Under the pieces are notes generated by a model that worked only from the letters and a program-made list of their open reading frames with translations, was not told where the DNA came from and did no database searches. From Octopus vulgaris (taxonomy: Eukaryota), in NCBI GenBank assembly GCA_951406725.2, contig OX597843.1:18724001-18788000 (forward strand): 64,000 nt of DNA, read 5' to 3'. Each line of letters opens with the position of its first letter. The stretch's first letter is position 1. Positions 40,813 to 52,450 of this stretch are shown here, in pieces. The position numbers were made by a program, and so were the translations under genes.

Positions 40813-41959
40813 GCGAAAATGATTCATGAAAGAGGAGAAAGCAGTTGAAATAATTAAAAGCAGAAGAACCAGAAAATGATGAACAAGATGAATGTAGAGA
40901 AAAATTGTGAAGAAGACGATAAATGCAGGAAAAGAAGATATATTAAGACAAGAAAAATAACGTGGAATATCAGAATGGGGAAACAAGTGGGAATAAAGGA
41001 ATATTAATACAAATACTGTAGTCACACATCAAGCAAACACAAACATATGTATGCATATATATATATATACAACTTATAAACAAGGACAAAAGATAAAAAA
41101 TTCAATACCATATATGCCGAAAATAGACTTAATCGTGTATAACCGTATAATTTATCACCATAATCGCGCGTCCCGATAGCAACACGGTAGAAATTTCCAA
41201 AACATTTGGTTAGAATCGGATCGGTCCCAATTTCTGAATTAATTCATTTAGAATTTTCTCCTCATCAGCGATAAATACGATCAGAAAATAAATGACCCAC
41301 ACACTTGTACCTTTAAAAGCATTATTTTAATATTCTGGCCATTGATAACATTTTTCCAAAAGTTTTATCCTATATTAGATATAAATTCAATACTATTCAC
41401 TTCCGGACTCTCTCAATCTATGAGAATTTTCAGTCCGATCAGACGTTGAAAATAACGCATCTGCTGTGCCACGCATGTTGCGAAATTTCGTCTTTACGCG
41501 GCTCTACAACCTATCTACCGAGTTCGTGTGGACCGTAGGATCGTTGGGGGGTCTACAAAATGAACAGGTAAGAACAAATATGCAAGGCTTCTTTATTCTT
41601 CAAGTTTAAAATTCGACATTGTTGGCATATTTTTGTTATATCTATATTCCACAACAAATAAATACAGAACAGGCACACACACACACACACAAAAACAAAC
41701 AGACAAACAAGAACAAACATGCTCGTACACACAGACAAGAACAAGCACGCACATACACACACACAAACACACACAAAGAAGAAGTACGTACACGCAGACA
41801 GAGGAACAAGCACGCACGTACAACCCATTACCTTTCTTCTCCAATTTCATGAGAGTTGACCACGTGCTTTTCAACTTTTCATGGAAACAGTTGAATTGAA
41901 ATGTTTTGATTTTGTCGAGTCATATCGAAGGAATGCCATATCGTTTATAAATTTTTTTT

Positions 41960-43760
41960 TAAATATATATATATTTTATGGATGTAGTGGAATCAAACGA
42001 GTAATCGCTAATTAAATTATGACAAGGGGTTTCGCCAATTCAGATGCTTGAAAAATAAGAATGAGTCTAGAGAGTGGAACAAGGGAGGTAACAAATGGCA
42101 AGGGAGACAACCAACTCCTCAGTATAACTTTTAAAATGGTCAAGTTTGTGTATTAAGGTGTTGCCTGGACTTTTGTATGAACAGGTTTTCCTTATTCAGC
42201 CATTCTTGTAAGGAGATTAGAAACTTTGCATTGGTATAATGGAAAGATATGGAAATTATGCGTTTTATTTCTTGCGCATCTGTGGATATGTTCACTCAGG
42301 GCCATCCACTTGTATTGATGAAAACTAATCTGTTCTTTATGTAGCGTGACTCTTCGTCTCAAAGTATGGCTCGTTTGGCCCACATAATAATGGGCACAAC
42401 CTGAGCAGGTTAGGACCTATATGAACTTTCGCTACAAACATTTGGACCCCCATTCTACCAGTATATAAGAGAAAACTGGAAAAGGTACCTAGACGATTGT
42501 TTTATCATCTGGAATGAAACCTATGAAAAACTCCTGGATGTCAAATCCACGCTGAACAATATAAACTCCAATATTCTATTTACAATGGAATATAGCAAGA
42601 AATATTTCCTATTTCTGGACATTTTGATTATAACAAAATCCAACAACCAAATTTCAACTGACATCTCCTACAAACCAACAGGCTCAAAACAGTATCTCCT
42701 TTTCAGTTCATGCCATCCTAAATACACCAAAAGGAATATCCCATCCAATCTAGCTAAAAGGATCTGTACAATTGTATCTGACACAACCACTCGGGAACGT
42801 CGCCTACAAGACCTCAAAATAACACTCATTAAACGACAATACCCACCCGCACTTATAGACCATGGAATTGAACGTGCCAAGAAATTGGACACAAACAAAT
42901 TTAGGACAACAAAACAGAACACCACACCCCACTTTAAATCACTCCCATACATATCAACCCACAACTCCGGAAACAATGAAGCATACAACACAATTGTACA
43001 AAATCTTCCTCTGCTCATTCAAGACACGAAAATAAACAACATCCTAACTACACATAAACTCCACATACGCAAAAGACAATACAAATCACTCAAGAGATTC
43101 CTAACAAATGCAAAACTATACTCAATACGTACGATACCAACAGTTCAAAAATGCAGACGACCTAATTGTGGTACATGCCCATACCTAACTGAAGTCTCGG
43201 AATTCACATTCCAGCAAGGAGAAATATTCTCAATTAAGACCAACTTCATATGTGCTTCCCAGAAACTTATCTATGTCCTAATCTGCTCAGATTGTGGCCA
43301 CAATTATGTTGCCCAACGAGCCTTACTTTGAGACGAAGAGTCACGCTACATAAAGAACAGAATCGTTTTCCTCAATACAGGCAGATAGCCCTGGGCGAAC
43401 ATATCGACAGATGCGCAAGAAATAGAAAGCCAAATTTCCATATCTTTCTATTATACCAGTGCAAAGATTCAATCTCCTTACAAGAACGGCTAAGCAAGAA
43501 AACCTGTTCATAGAAAAGTACAGATAACTCCTTACCTACAAACTTGACCACTTCAAAAGTTATACTGAGGTGTTAGTTGTCTCTCTTGCCATTTGTTACC
43601 TCCCTTTGTCCATTCTATAAATTCATTCTTATTTTTCAAGTATCCAGAATGGCAAGACCCATTTGTCACAAGAATTGATTACTTCACAATGTTCCTTGAA
43701 AAGCTAATTTAAATAGCGAAAACGGTTGAATATCACTACATCCATACAATATGTATATAT
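41960..43760 (+). mobile_element. Penelope-like retroelement (RT C-terminus plus GIY-YIG) preceded by an inverted copy of its own 3' end
   Basis: WKRYLDDCFIIW (~42478), FLDILI..TDISYKPTGSKQYLLFSSCHP, C..CGTCP, LIYVLICSDCGHNYVAQ. 41960-42420 minus encodes GQTSHTLRRRVTLHKEQI, matching 43270-43760 plus. Confidence 0.9.
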
Positions 43761-45364
43761 ATTTTGTAATTATTTATAAAAATGTATTAAATTTTGTGAA
43801 ACGAAGGCATTTCTCTTCCACTTTTTATATATGTTTTCCACATATTTTGAACTCATAATTTTGCTACGTCGTGTATACTGAATCTTCAGCGTTTTTGCTC
43901 CTTTTATATATTTTAGTATATGACTTGATCAAAGTAATAACGTCTCTCATTTCAGGAACTGATCCCGGGATATTATGATCATCAGCTGAACATCCAAACA
44001 TGTATGTCATATATCTTTATACACACTCCACCACACAATCTTTTTGAGATATTCCGAGCAGAAACTGAAATCAAATCCTCATATGCAACAACAAGCTATA
44101 GAAGAGTACCTCTCTATTAAAGCATAAATCCTGTTTTATGCCATGGATGGGAACCTGTACAATCAAATTATCTCAGATAAGCTTAAACAAGCAAAACATA
44201 ATTTAAATTTTAATCTATTGGGTGACGCCAAATTCTCAGAAGTGGGACAAGAGACTGTAAAAGATTACTTCCTGATGGATTACACAACCCAACTGGTATT
44301 TTGTTGAATTCAAATGTGGAATCCATCTTTTAGGATTACGTCTAGATTTCAAGATACCCAAACCTCACAATTTTCACTATTTTCCTCACATTTCAGGTAA
44401 ATATATTGTAAAATTTAGCACCAATGCCTATGGATTATTTTGTTAAAGGTCCGGGGTACACATCGGGCAATGAAATAATGGCCGCGGTGTGTATTAGTTC
44501 CAGAGTCACTAAATTTAGTTCAGCCAGAAAAAAAGTCATCCAAATTCCACTTCTTATCAAGGCAGATTAGAATTGCATATGGTGGCGGGTTTTTGAGGTT
44601 CAGCACTAATGACAATCATCCAAACGCAAACTCATGAGAAATAAGGCATGAATAATGGCGTGAATTGTCTGTAGACATTTAGAGATATTTGCTAGTTTTT
44701 TCAGTAGAATTTCAAAAAATCCTTCTAGTTTTGAAGACAATACAATTTCCATGTGTATTAAGTGCGTTCCTCATGAGGTGGTTTATGGAAAAAACACAAA
44801 ACAAAACAAAGAAATTCTGTGGATCAAATATATTAAAGTCCTGACATGATCGTATTAAATCTATGTACTTTTCGGATTCTGTGCGTCAAAAGACTCCCAG
44901 TTCATCTCCAGTTATTTCGTTGGCCTGGCAAGATTTCCAAACTATTATCTTGAATAAAGTTCAACTTATTTATACACCAATAATATACAAATCTTTGAAT
45001 TGTGACAGTTATAAAAATTTCATATTTACTTTTGATTATGAGGAAAGGCACCCTTCAAGAGGCCGAATCTAGTCAGGAGAAAAGATAGTATTTTTTTTAC
45101 TGAAGACCTGATCAGAATGTTTAAGATAATATGGACTTAACTAAAGGCACTCAAAGTACCAGGTGGTGGATTTCAACCGAGATGTGGTTTAAGATTACCA
45201 TTCAAAGAGGCCATTATAATAGAGACATTAGAGACATAGAAAGGATAAATAATACCCGTGGGCCTGGTGTTGAAATACGGCCATTAGTAAAGGACTGAAA
45301 ATTAGCCAAGTGTTCCTCTCAGTGTTACTTGAAACGTTAGCCTTGACTCACTTGTCATTGAAAA

Positions 45365-45850
45365 TGCTGGGCATTATTAGCTACAAGGATCTTTAGCCAA
45401 AAGATATCTCAGTCCGAAACTACTGCTAACCGTTTACAATGCTCACATGATGCCCACAATAAAGAAATCTTTCTACATGTAGGACGGTGCCACGCATAGA
45501 CATCCGGGATTACATCTACAGAAGTTCAACGTGGCTATATGGTACTCTATCCCCAATAGATACGCTCAAATATCTCTTTTACAGATGGGATATCTTCTCT
45601 CTGCGCATCTTGTCTGCTGCTGTTATATTATGGACTCTTCTTTTAGGACCTGAATAACCTTTTGTCCCCAGCAATCAGATACTACAGACTCAGTCGTCTA
45701 TGCCTTTGCTCCTCGCCCTTAAACATCATTACGTTTCCAGTACTAACCACTATGCTAAATACTTTATCCCCTTGGCAGTAACCCTCTCCATCATTCCTGC
45801 AAATGTTGACCTGCAGCAGGTTAAGTGGAGTATTAATGGTATCTATCTCA
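45365..45850 (+). mobile_element. Degenerate LINE ORF2 3' fragment (paralog of 21645-22150)
   Basis: LLTVYNAH..PT and STNHYAKYFIP..IPANVDLQQVKWSIN; collinear DNA. Confidence 0.6.
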
Positions 45851-46667
45851 CCCGTATTGGAGATCTGGCAGGGGTTATAGAATCTGTCAGATCCTTTCTC
45901 TATAATCGGAAAAATAAAACGTGTGAGATTTTAACTCAAATGACTAGAAACTGGACAAAATACTGCAAGGTGTTTTTTGCGACGTCCTTATAATTGCATT
46001 AATTTATTCTTTTGTTATGGTTCTATATTGATCTGGAAATGTATGGGGTAAGGTTGAACTCGGCGAGATTTGAAGTTAGGTTGCCAAGGGTCAGAACAAA
46101 TACCGCAAAATATTCTATTCGATGGTCAAAAGATTTCATTCAATTCGCGCTTAAATTATGAATGATGAAAATATCTAACCTATGAAATAGAACATTGACT
46201 TTGCTATTCAACATCTTGAGATATACGAGCGGTTGGTCAAACTTTTCCAAATTTGTTGAGAAATAGATCTGATCGAATTAATCGATCAAATTTAGTATTG
46301 GAATATTCGATCAAAGCTGGAAGTTTAAAGTGATTAATGTAATGATGCAAGCCATTTAATTGGAAATAACCGCCTAGAACATAGATTACTTGTTAAGGCT
46401 GTAATGAGCATCTAATAATAATTCTGCTTCTTCCTCCGTCAGTTATTTACTTAGTGCGTCTGTAACACTGTCAGGAGATGAGTTGAAGGAAAAGGCAAAG
46501 AGCAAGAGAAAATGAGGGAGAAAGAAGAAGTAGAGGGAAAATGTGTGTAAGGTGAAGAGCGAGAGAAAAATACGGTGAAAGACAGGGAGGGAGAGAGAAA
46601 CAGAGATCGAGAGAAAAATAAGAAAGAAAATGGGGAAAGAGAATGACATACGGTAGGGGTAACGTAG

Positions 46668-47413
46668 TGTAGTGTAGCAAGTCATAAACCTTTATCGGCG
46701 GTAATCTGATGTTGTGGTCATGTTGGCCGAATAGGTATGATTGTTAGTTTCCCATTGGTTAAAATTACTGCCTATATTTGAATTCTAACTTCCACGAAAT
46801 ATGGTTCTTTAGAATTCAGGTATGAGCAGTTATAAAAACCCTGATTTGGGGGAAATTAATCAGTGTTCGTTGGTTCTCACTCAATTCCAAGACACTTACT
46901 CTCTTGAGATATTGGCTATTGCCATATCAAGTCTTTTATCTAATTCAACAAGGCTATTTTGAATTGTTGTTTAAAACTCTTGTAGCTTAGGTACGGAAGA
47001 ATTAGTTAATATAAGTTTTATGTCGTAACTCTCTACGACAATCTTCTTTTGACTTTTAAAAATGCACTGTAAATATTAAATATGCGTAAATAAACTAATT
47101 TAGTAAATCATTTCTTTTTCTTCATTTTCTTCAACCTGTTGAGGAAGTTTATTCTGTAACTATGAAACTGTTATTATAGCAGTGAAAAAGAGCAAACTTT
47201 ATTATCCTCAACATACATGCACGTTCAGCGTTTGGTGTGTATAATTCACCACAACGTTTACGAAGCCTGAGTTAAGATTTATGTATGGTGATAAATACTT
47301 ATGATTAAGTTATAAGTGACGGGTTTATCACCATAGATGCCTACTCAAGACACTGATATATTTATTATCTATTCCAAGTCAAGGCCGTTATAAATTGGTG
47401 ACCCACCGTTATA
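46668..47413 (+). mobile_element. Solo LTR-like insertion with 4-bp TSD GTAG
   Basis: Starts TGTAG, ends TTATA, flanked by gtag at 46664-46667 and 47414-47417. Removing it restores aacgtagtatttatta, as in paralogs at 16380 and 22707. TATA-like tataaaaa at 46831. Confidence 0.75.
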
Positions 47414-47535
47414 GTAGTATTTATTAGGTGGTTAAAACGTTAGTTCAAGGTTGTGATATATTGTGATATAATTGAACTTAAGTTTTTTTTTATATCACCT
47501 ATAGATATATAATTATTAAAGAGGACAACAAACGT

Positions 47536-50052
47536 TAGCGTTTCCCAAACTTTTCGCGCCAAATTGCAATATCGCCCACCTATTAGCCGAAACATGTTCC
47601 ATCGCCCACCTGTGTAAAAAAACCGTGACACAACCCTAACACAAAATTTCCTACGACCCCTCGTGACTGTATCATTTGACACACACATTATATCGTAGAC
47701 CTGTTGCCCGGTTTGTGCTGTTTGGACTAAATATGCGGTTGTTTACAAATCCTTTATTGGGGTTTAGTTTTGCCATTAGTGTAAATAAAATTCTAGCGTT
47801 GACTTATATTATGCAGACAGATTAACTTCTGGAAACTTGCCGCCTTTCTTTTACACTGATTTTCATTTTCCCCAAATGAACCAGTGATCAGAACTACCGA
47901 TGCAAATATAATTAATGATTGTATTATAAAGGAAAATAATAAAACTTTTTAACGAGAACCATGGGTCTGGTGCAATGCAGCTAGTGCAGATACATTCGGT
48001 TTCAAACTTGTCAACTTTAGCCGCAAGTTTCTTCATTGTATCACATCCAGTTCAATTTTTGTATGGGAAAATAAAGTTCCAACATGGTTAAAACCAGATT
48101 CAACCATGTATGTGGTAAGGGATGGAAGGCAAAAGCAATTTCAGATGTTTCCACAGATTGGGGTAGGAATTCGATATACTCTGATGGTACCACAAACCTT
48201 CTTTGACATAGTGTCATTGCTATTTTTTTTATTCTATCAATTCATCCTGAATATCATCCTCGCAATCGACTGCATCGATCTCAAACGGATTGCTATACCA
48301 ATTCGGAATATTCAGCGCAATAACATCTTGAAATCGCTTCACCATATTATCGTGCAATGATTGTAAATAGTTGTGATATGTAGTTAAAAACCTCTTCGAT
48401 CAATTCATCTTTCAAAGAATCAAGTTGTGGAAATTGATGCAATTGACGTTTTGAAATGTTAGTCTTAAACAACACCAATTTCAATGAAGCGGATAGTGGA
48501 GTATTTTCAAAGAAAAAGATATATAAAACAGTTCAACACAGTGTAAAGCAGTTTCCTTTTGACAGCCACCACACTTCGGTATGGTATAAGAGTTTAGTAT
48601 GGTCCTCGTCATTTCTCAGACAGAGTTGACGGCAAATTAAATCAGACAAGAGACTGGACTTCAATTTGTTCACATTCTTGATAACTAACTCTAGCGCATC
48701 ATTCAATCTTATGTTCATATTTTTTGCCACTAAATACTGCTGGTGTGTCAAGTAATGAACAGTTAGTATCTGGTGGGAAATTTCACGCTTTAGCAGACAT
48801 GAAAACCTCTGTATCTTCCTATCATTGAAGGTGCTTCATCAGACGCACAGTCAAGAATATTTTCGTGCATAACTGTCGGCAAAACCTCTTCGATAACTGG
48901 GGGCGAAATATTGTTTCTCCAATTGTGGGAGACGTCCCAGACTTAGCAACAAGCAATGCAATGCTGTACGATGCAATCAACCCGTTATTCTCCTGTTTAC
49001 TAGTTTCCTGAAGTAGCGTGTTGAATGTTTGTATCTGCTTTTTGAAAGAGGAGCTCAGTTATAAAATGTATGATAACGGCTCATCTTTCTTGTCAGAATG
49101 CTTTGCATCAAAGTGATATTTCAAGCATGAAGGCTTCATTGCGTCGTTGGTCAAAGAAGGCACATTGGTGACTGACAGTTCTGAGGAGAGGAAATAAATC
49201 CAAATGATAAATAATCGCTACTGTACTGTCGACAAGTTTCCTTGACTGGAGGCATCAATAAAGTTAAAATGTCAAAAAGAATTTTTATAGACGGCATCAG
49301 AAAGCCAGTATGGTAATCCCAAAGGGAAGAAGAAGTCAGTAGAGCAGAGTCAGATGACACAACTGTACTGGAGCAAATATGGATCTAGTTCGTTTGGCTG
49401 CCAGCATTTCAAAAGTTTATCGAAAATTTGAGAATTTGGTACATTAATATACCTTTCCAAGTTAAATTGCTGGAGTTATTCAACTTTTTCCCGAAAAAAG
49501 TTTTTAGAAAGTTATAGAGGTTTAAAGTTTGATCATTTTCACCCAGTCAAGAAATATGATTTCAAAGCTGTCATTTTGTGCGTGACTGCACATCTTGTCA
49601 ACATCCTGAAAATAGCACTTGTGCTTTGATATGAAACCCCAGAATTACGCACGACATATAACCCATCCTAACTTTTTTTTATTTTTCGGAATTTTCAGAA
49701 AATCTTTGTGAATTTGAATTCTACACACGGGCCTTCAGACGATTATACAAAAAAATTGTAGTGAAGTGTGATTTAAGGTCTAAGCCTATTTGGCTGTTAT
49801 TTTTAGCACGCATGACAATCATCCCCATCCCAATGACTGCGACAAAAATATTCGATCGATAAAGATGTCCGCTTTTTTAATACAAAGGGACGTCTCATGC
49901 GGGTAATCAAATCGATAAAAGTTCATCCTTGTTCTAGGCATGCCTAGATATCAATAAATGCAGACTTAATTTCTAAAAATACATTGTCACCCACAAAATG
50001 TTCATGTCACCCACTAAAATCTCAAATCGCCCACCATTTTCTAGAAAAGCGC
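47536..50052 (-). mobile_element. hAT (Buster/Charlie-like) DNA transposon remnant
   Basis: Minus-strand fragments CRQYSSDYLSFGFI..PMCLL and HQQYLVAKNM..VIKNVNKLKS..LLYHTEVWWLSKGNC. TIR-like tagcgtttcccaaac at 47536, subterminal cgcccac/cacccac repeats at both ends. Right TIR degenerate. Confidence 0.8.
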
Positions 50053-50179
50053 CCATCGTCCACTCTTTGAAGTTATGCGTTAGGGCAAGACAAATATCTC
50101 AAGTCATATACGCTATTATTATTAGAAACTTTCAGTCTTACAGCTGTTTCTGGGATGTACCAAAGTATGGGATGTTCCG

Positions 50180-50229
<50 letters not shown>

Positions 50230-50453
50230 ATGTATGTATATATGTATATGTATACATATATATATATGTATATATATATACATATATATATGTATATATA
50301 TATACATATATGAATGTATGTATATGTATATATATATATATATTGTGCTTAAAGCTATAACATCAACAACATAAGCGTTCAGCTGAAAACATAATCAATA
50401 AGGAATTTAAAACATTGAATGTGGAAAATACGCAGAAAGTGTCAAGTACTTAC

Positions 50454-50656
50454 AAACCCTCAACAGTCGTCGGAATCGGTTGTGGTATTGATGATAATCC
50501 GAGACCTCGACAGTTTACAACTGTGGCAGGTATATTGCAAGAACACTTATTGCATATATCTTCAACAGCATGAACCTCCAAAAACAATATCGTATACAGC
50601 ATCAACACGAAAGTTTGCTTATATGATACTATATAGTGAAACATGTTTTCAGGCAT
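50454..50656 (-). CDS. First coding exon of a secreted or membrane leucine-rich-repeat protein (signal peptide plus LRRNT cap)
   Basis: MPENMFHYIVSYKQTFVLMLYTILFLEVHAVEDICNKCSCNIPATVVNCRGLGLSSIPQPIPTTVEGL. Acceptor ttttctattttcttctcttacAG at 50665-50666; phase-2 donor TT|GTAAGT at 50453, typical of LRR genes. No downstream exon recognised. Confidence 0.82.
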
Positions 50657-50890
50657 AGATTAATCTGTAAGAGAAGAAAATAGAAAATATCTGAGACTTC
50701 AATGTTATTATCCTCACGCTGCAGATTCGTTTAAAGAATTAAAGTTCACCCCTGTTCATTGTGACGAATATATCTTTATTTTCCTTATTTAATACTTAAA
50801 GTTAGAAAACTAAATTTCGATAAATTAGTGTGAAGAATTTTATTATAGATTGATGGGAGATAATCTGTATCTATAAATGCCAGGATGTGT

Positions 50891-50922
<32 letters not shown>

Positions 50923-52214
50923 ACGTGAATGTAATTTATACACGTCTACAAATTAGCACACATGTCGCTCTAATTTTAGGAGGACATTCGTCACGATCTA
51001 TACTAGGTTTTATCAACTTATTTTTCCCGAGGCACCTGCGGATAGCGGTAAAAATCTATTTTCAACCATAACTTTTACCAATTTTGAAGTTTGCTAGCAT
51101 GGGTTAAGTCCCTTCTTGCCTTAGCCAAGTGAAAGTGTGTATATGTGTGTGAGGGAGTGAGAGAAGTTGTGTGTTGCTCTATATGTGTGTGTGTGTGTGT
51201 TGAGGGGGAGAGAGTGTTTGACAGCGTCTAACCAAAAAAAGTAAAGGAAAAGTATGTGTAAGGAAGAGAGGGGGAGAGTTTGACAGTGTCTAAAAAGAAA
51301 AAAGGTAAAATGTTTTATAGTCTTCAAATTTAGGATGTTCTTGAAAGACACTATATTTTATAATCAGATTATGTATACTTTCTCACACAACATTTGAAAT
51401 ATATTTATTTAAAATTATTTATATATTTAAAATCGTTCATGTTCCCCCCCTCTCTCACACATACACACACACACTACTTTGGGCACGAAAGAGTTTTGTT
51501 TTTAATTTACGCCGAGGAAAAATGTGATTTGTTGAGAATCTATTTATTTAACGTACAAACAAAGAGGTAGGTAACAATTTGTCAGTGAAGTACACAATAT
51601 AGATGGATAAAATTTCCGAGGCTTCTACCACACCCCGCCCCGTTTTTCGGACCATAAAATGGGTTTTGTAGCGCGCAAAAAATCCGATTTTTCTCTTAGT
51701 GAAAATCGTGCGTGTGTTAATCTACAAATTTACCAACTTTTTTTCTATTCATTTCTGTTTATGAAATTCTCTGTACGTAATTTCCTTTCTCAGTGATCAA
51801 GGCTAATGATGACTTTGTGCTATAGTTATTTCACTTCCTATGTTATTTAAAGCATTTTTGATATGTGGAATTTCAACATTACAAACGAGTTCAGAACATG
51901 CTACTTAAGTTCGCTGAAACTTATCTCCTGCCATGAAATTTTGAATGTTAGATAATTAGTGATGGTTCATTCAATTAGAAAATAAAACCTATTATTCTGT
52001 TTTATTGCATTTTGATTTATTTTTCATCTGTTTGACAAAAACAAGTTACTGTTGCTTGAAAACAACCGGGTAACGTTGTCTGTGTTTGAAAACAGTTTTG
52101 TTCTCATTGCTGATTTTTCGTTCAGCAGAACCGCAACTTCAGCTTCATTTCTGCCTTCATCTAATCACATTTCCCCATCTCCAGTTACATTTTCTCCCTC
52201 TCCCTATTTCCCAT

Positions 52215-52450
52215 ATGCCATCTAAGAAAAGAATCTGTCTCGGGCGCCGGACGACTGCTGCGTCGGCACAGGGGGCTAGAAGGACCAATGAGACTTCTGA
52301 CGAAACTAAATTGCGATTGGCTCAGACCTCTTTGCGTGCTTCGAGCAGGAAAATCATTGAAAGTGACGACGAAAGGGCTGTGCTACTACAAAGAAGGCGG
52401 TCGTAAAACCGTTCAGTGCGTTTTCCAGAACGAGCTTAGCTCGATCTGCT
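52215..52450 (+). pseudogene. Helitron RepHel N-terminus (basic leader plus first divergent 23-aa repeats)
   Basis: MPSKKRICLGRRTTAASAQGARRTNETSDETKLRLAQTSLRASSRKIIESDDERAVLLQRRRS*. ETxxE..RL motifs lie 23 aa apart. Stop at 52404 and a frameshift before the array. Confidence 0.8.

Noticed and set aside
43690-43745. Hammerhead ribozyme in the 41960-43760 Penelope pLTR
   Set aside because: Only a vestige remains (ttgaaaag-ctaatttaaatag-cgaaaacggtt); catalytic core nucleotides are mutated.
44910-44995. Minus-strand peptide INKLNFIQDNSLEILPG resembling an LRR exon
   Set aside because: No LxLxxN register relative to a plausible acceptor, no donor at 72 bp, and a stop follows shortly. Likely chance.
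51630-51685. GC-box and E2F-like motif in the Helitron D leader (ccccgcccc; gcgcgcaaaa)
   Set aside because: The E2F match is imperfect and both motifs are too short to support a promoter call without expression data.
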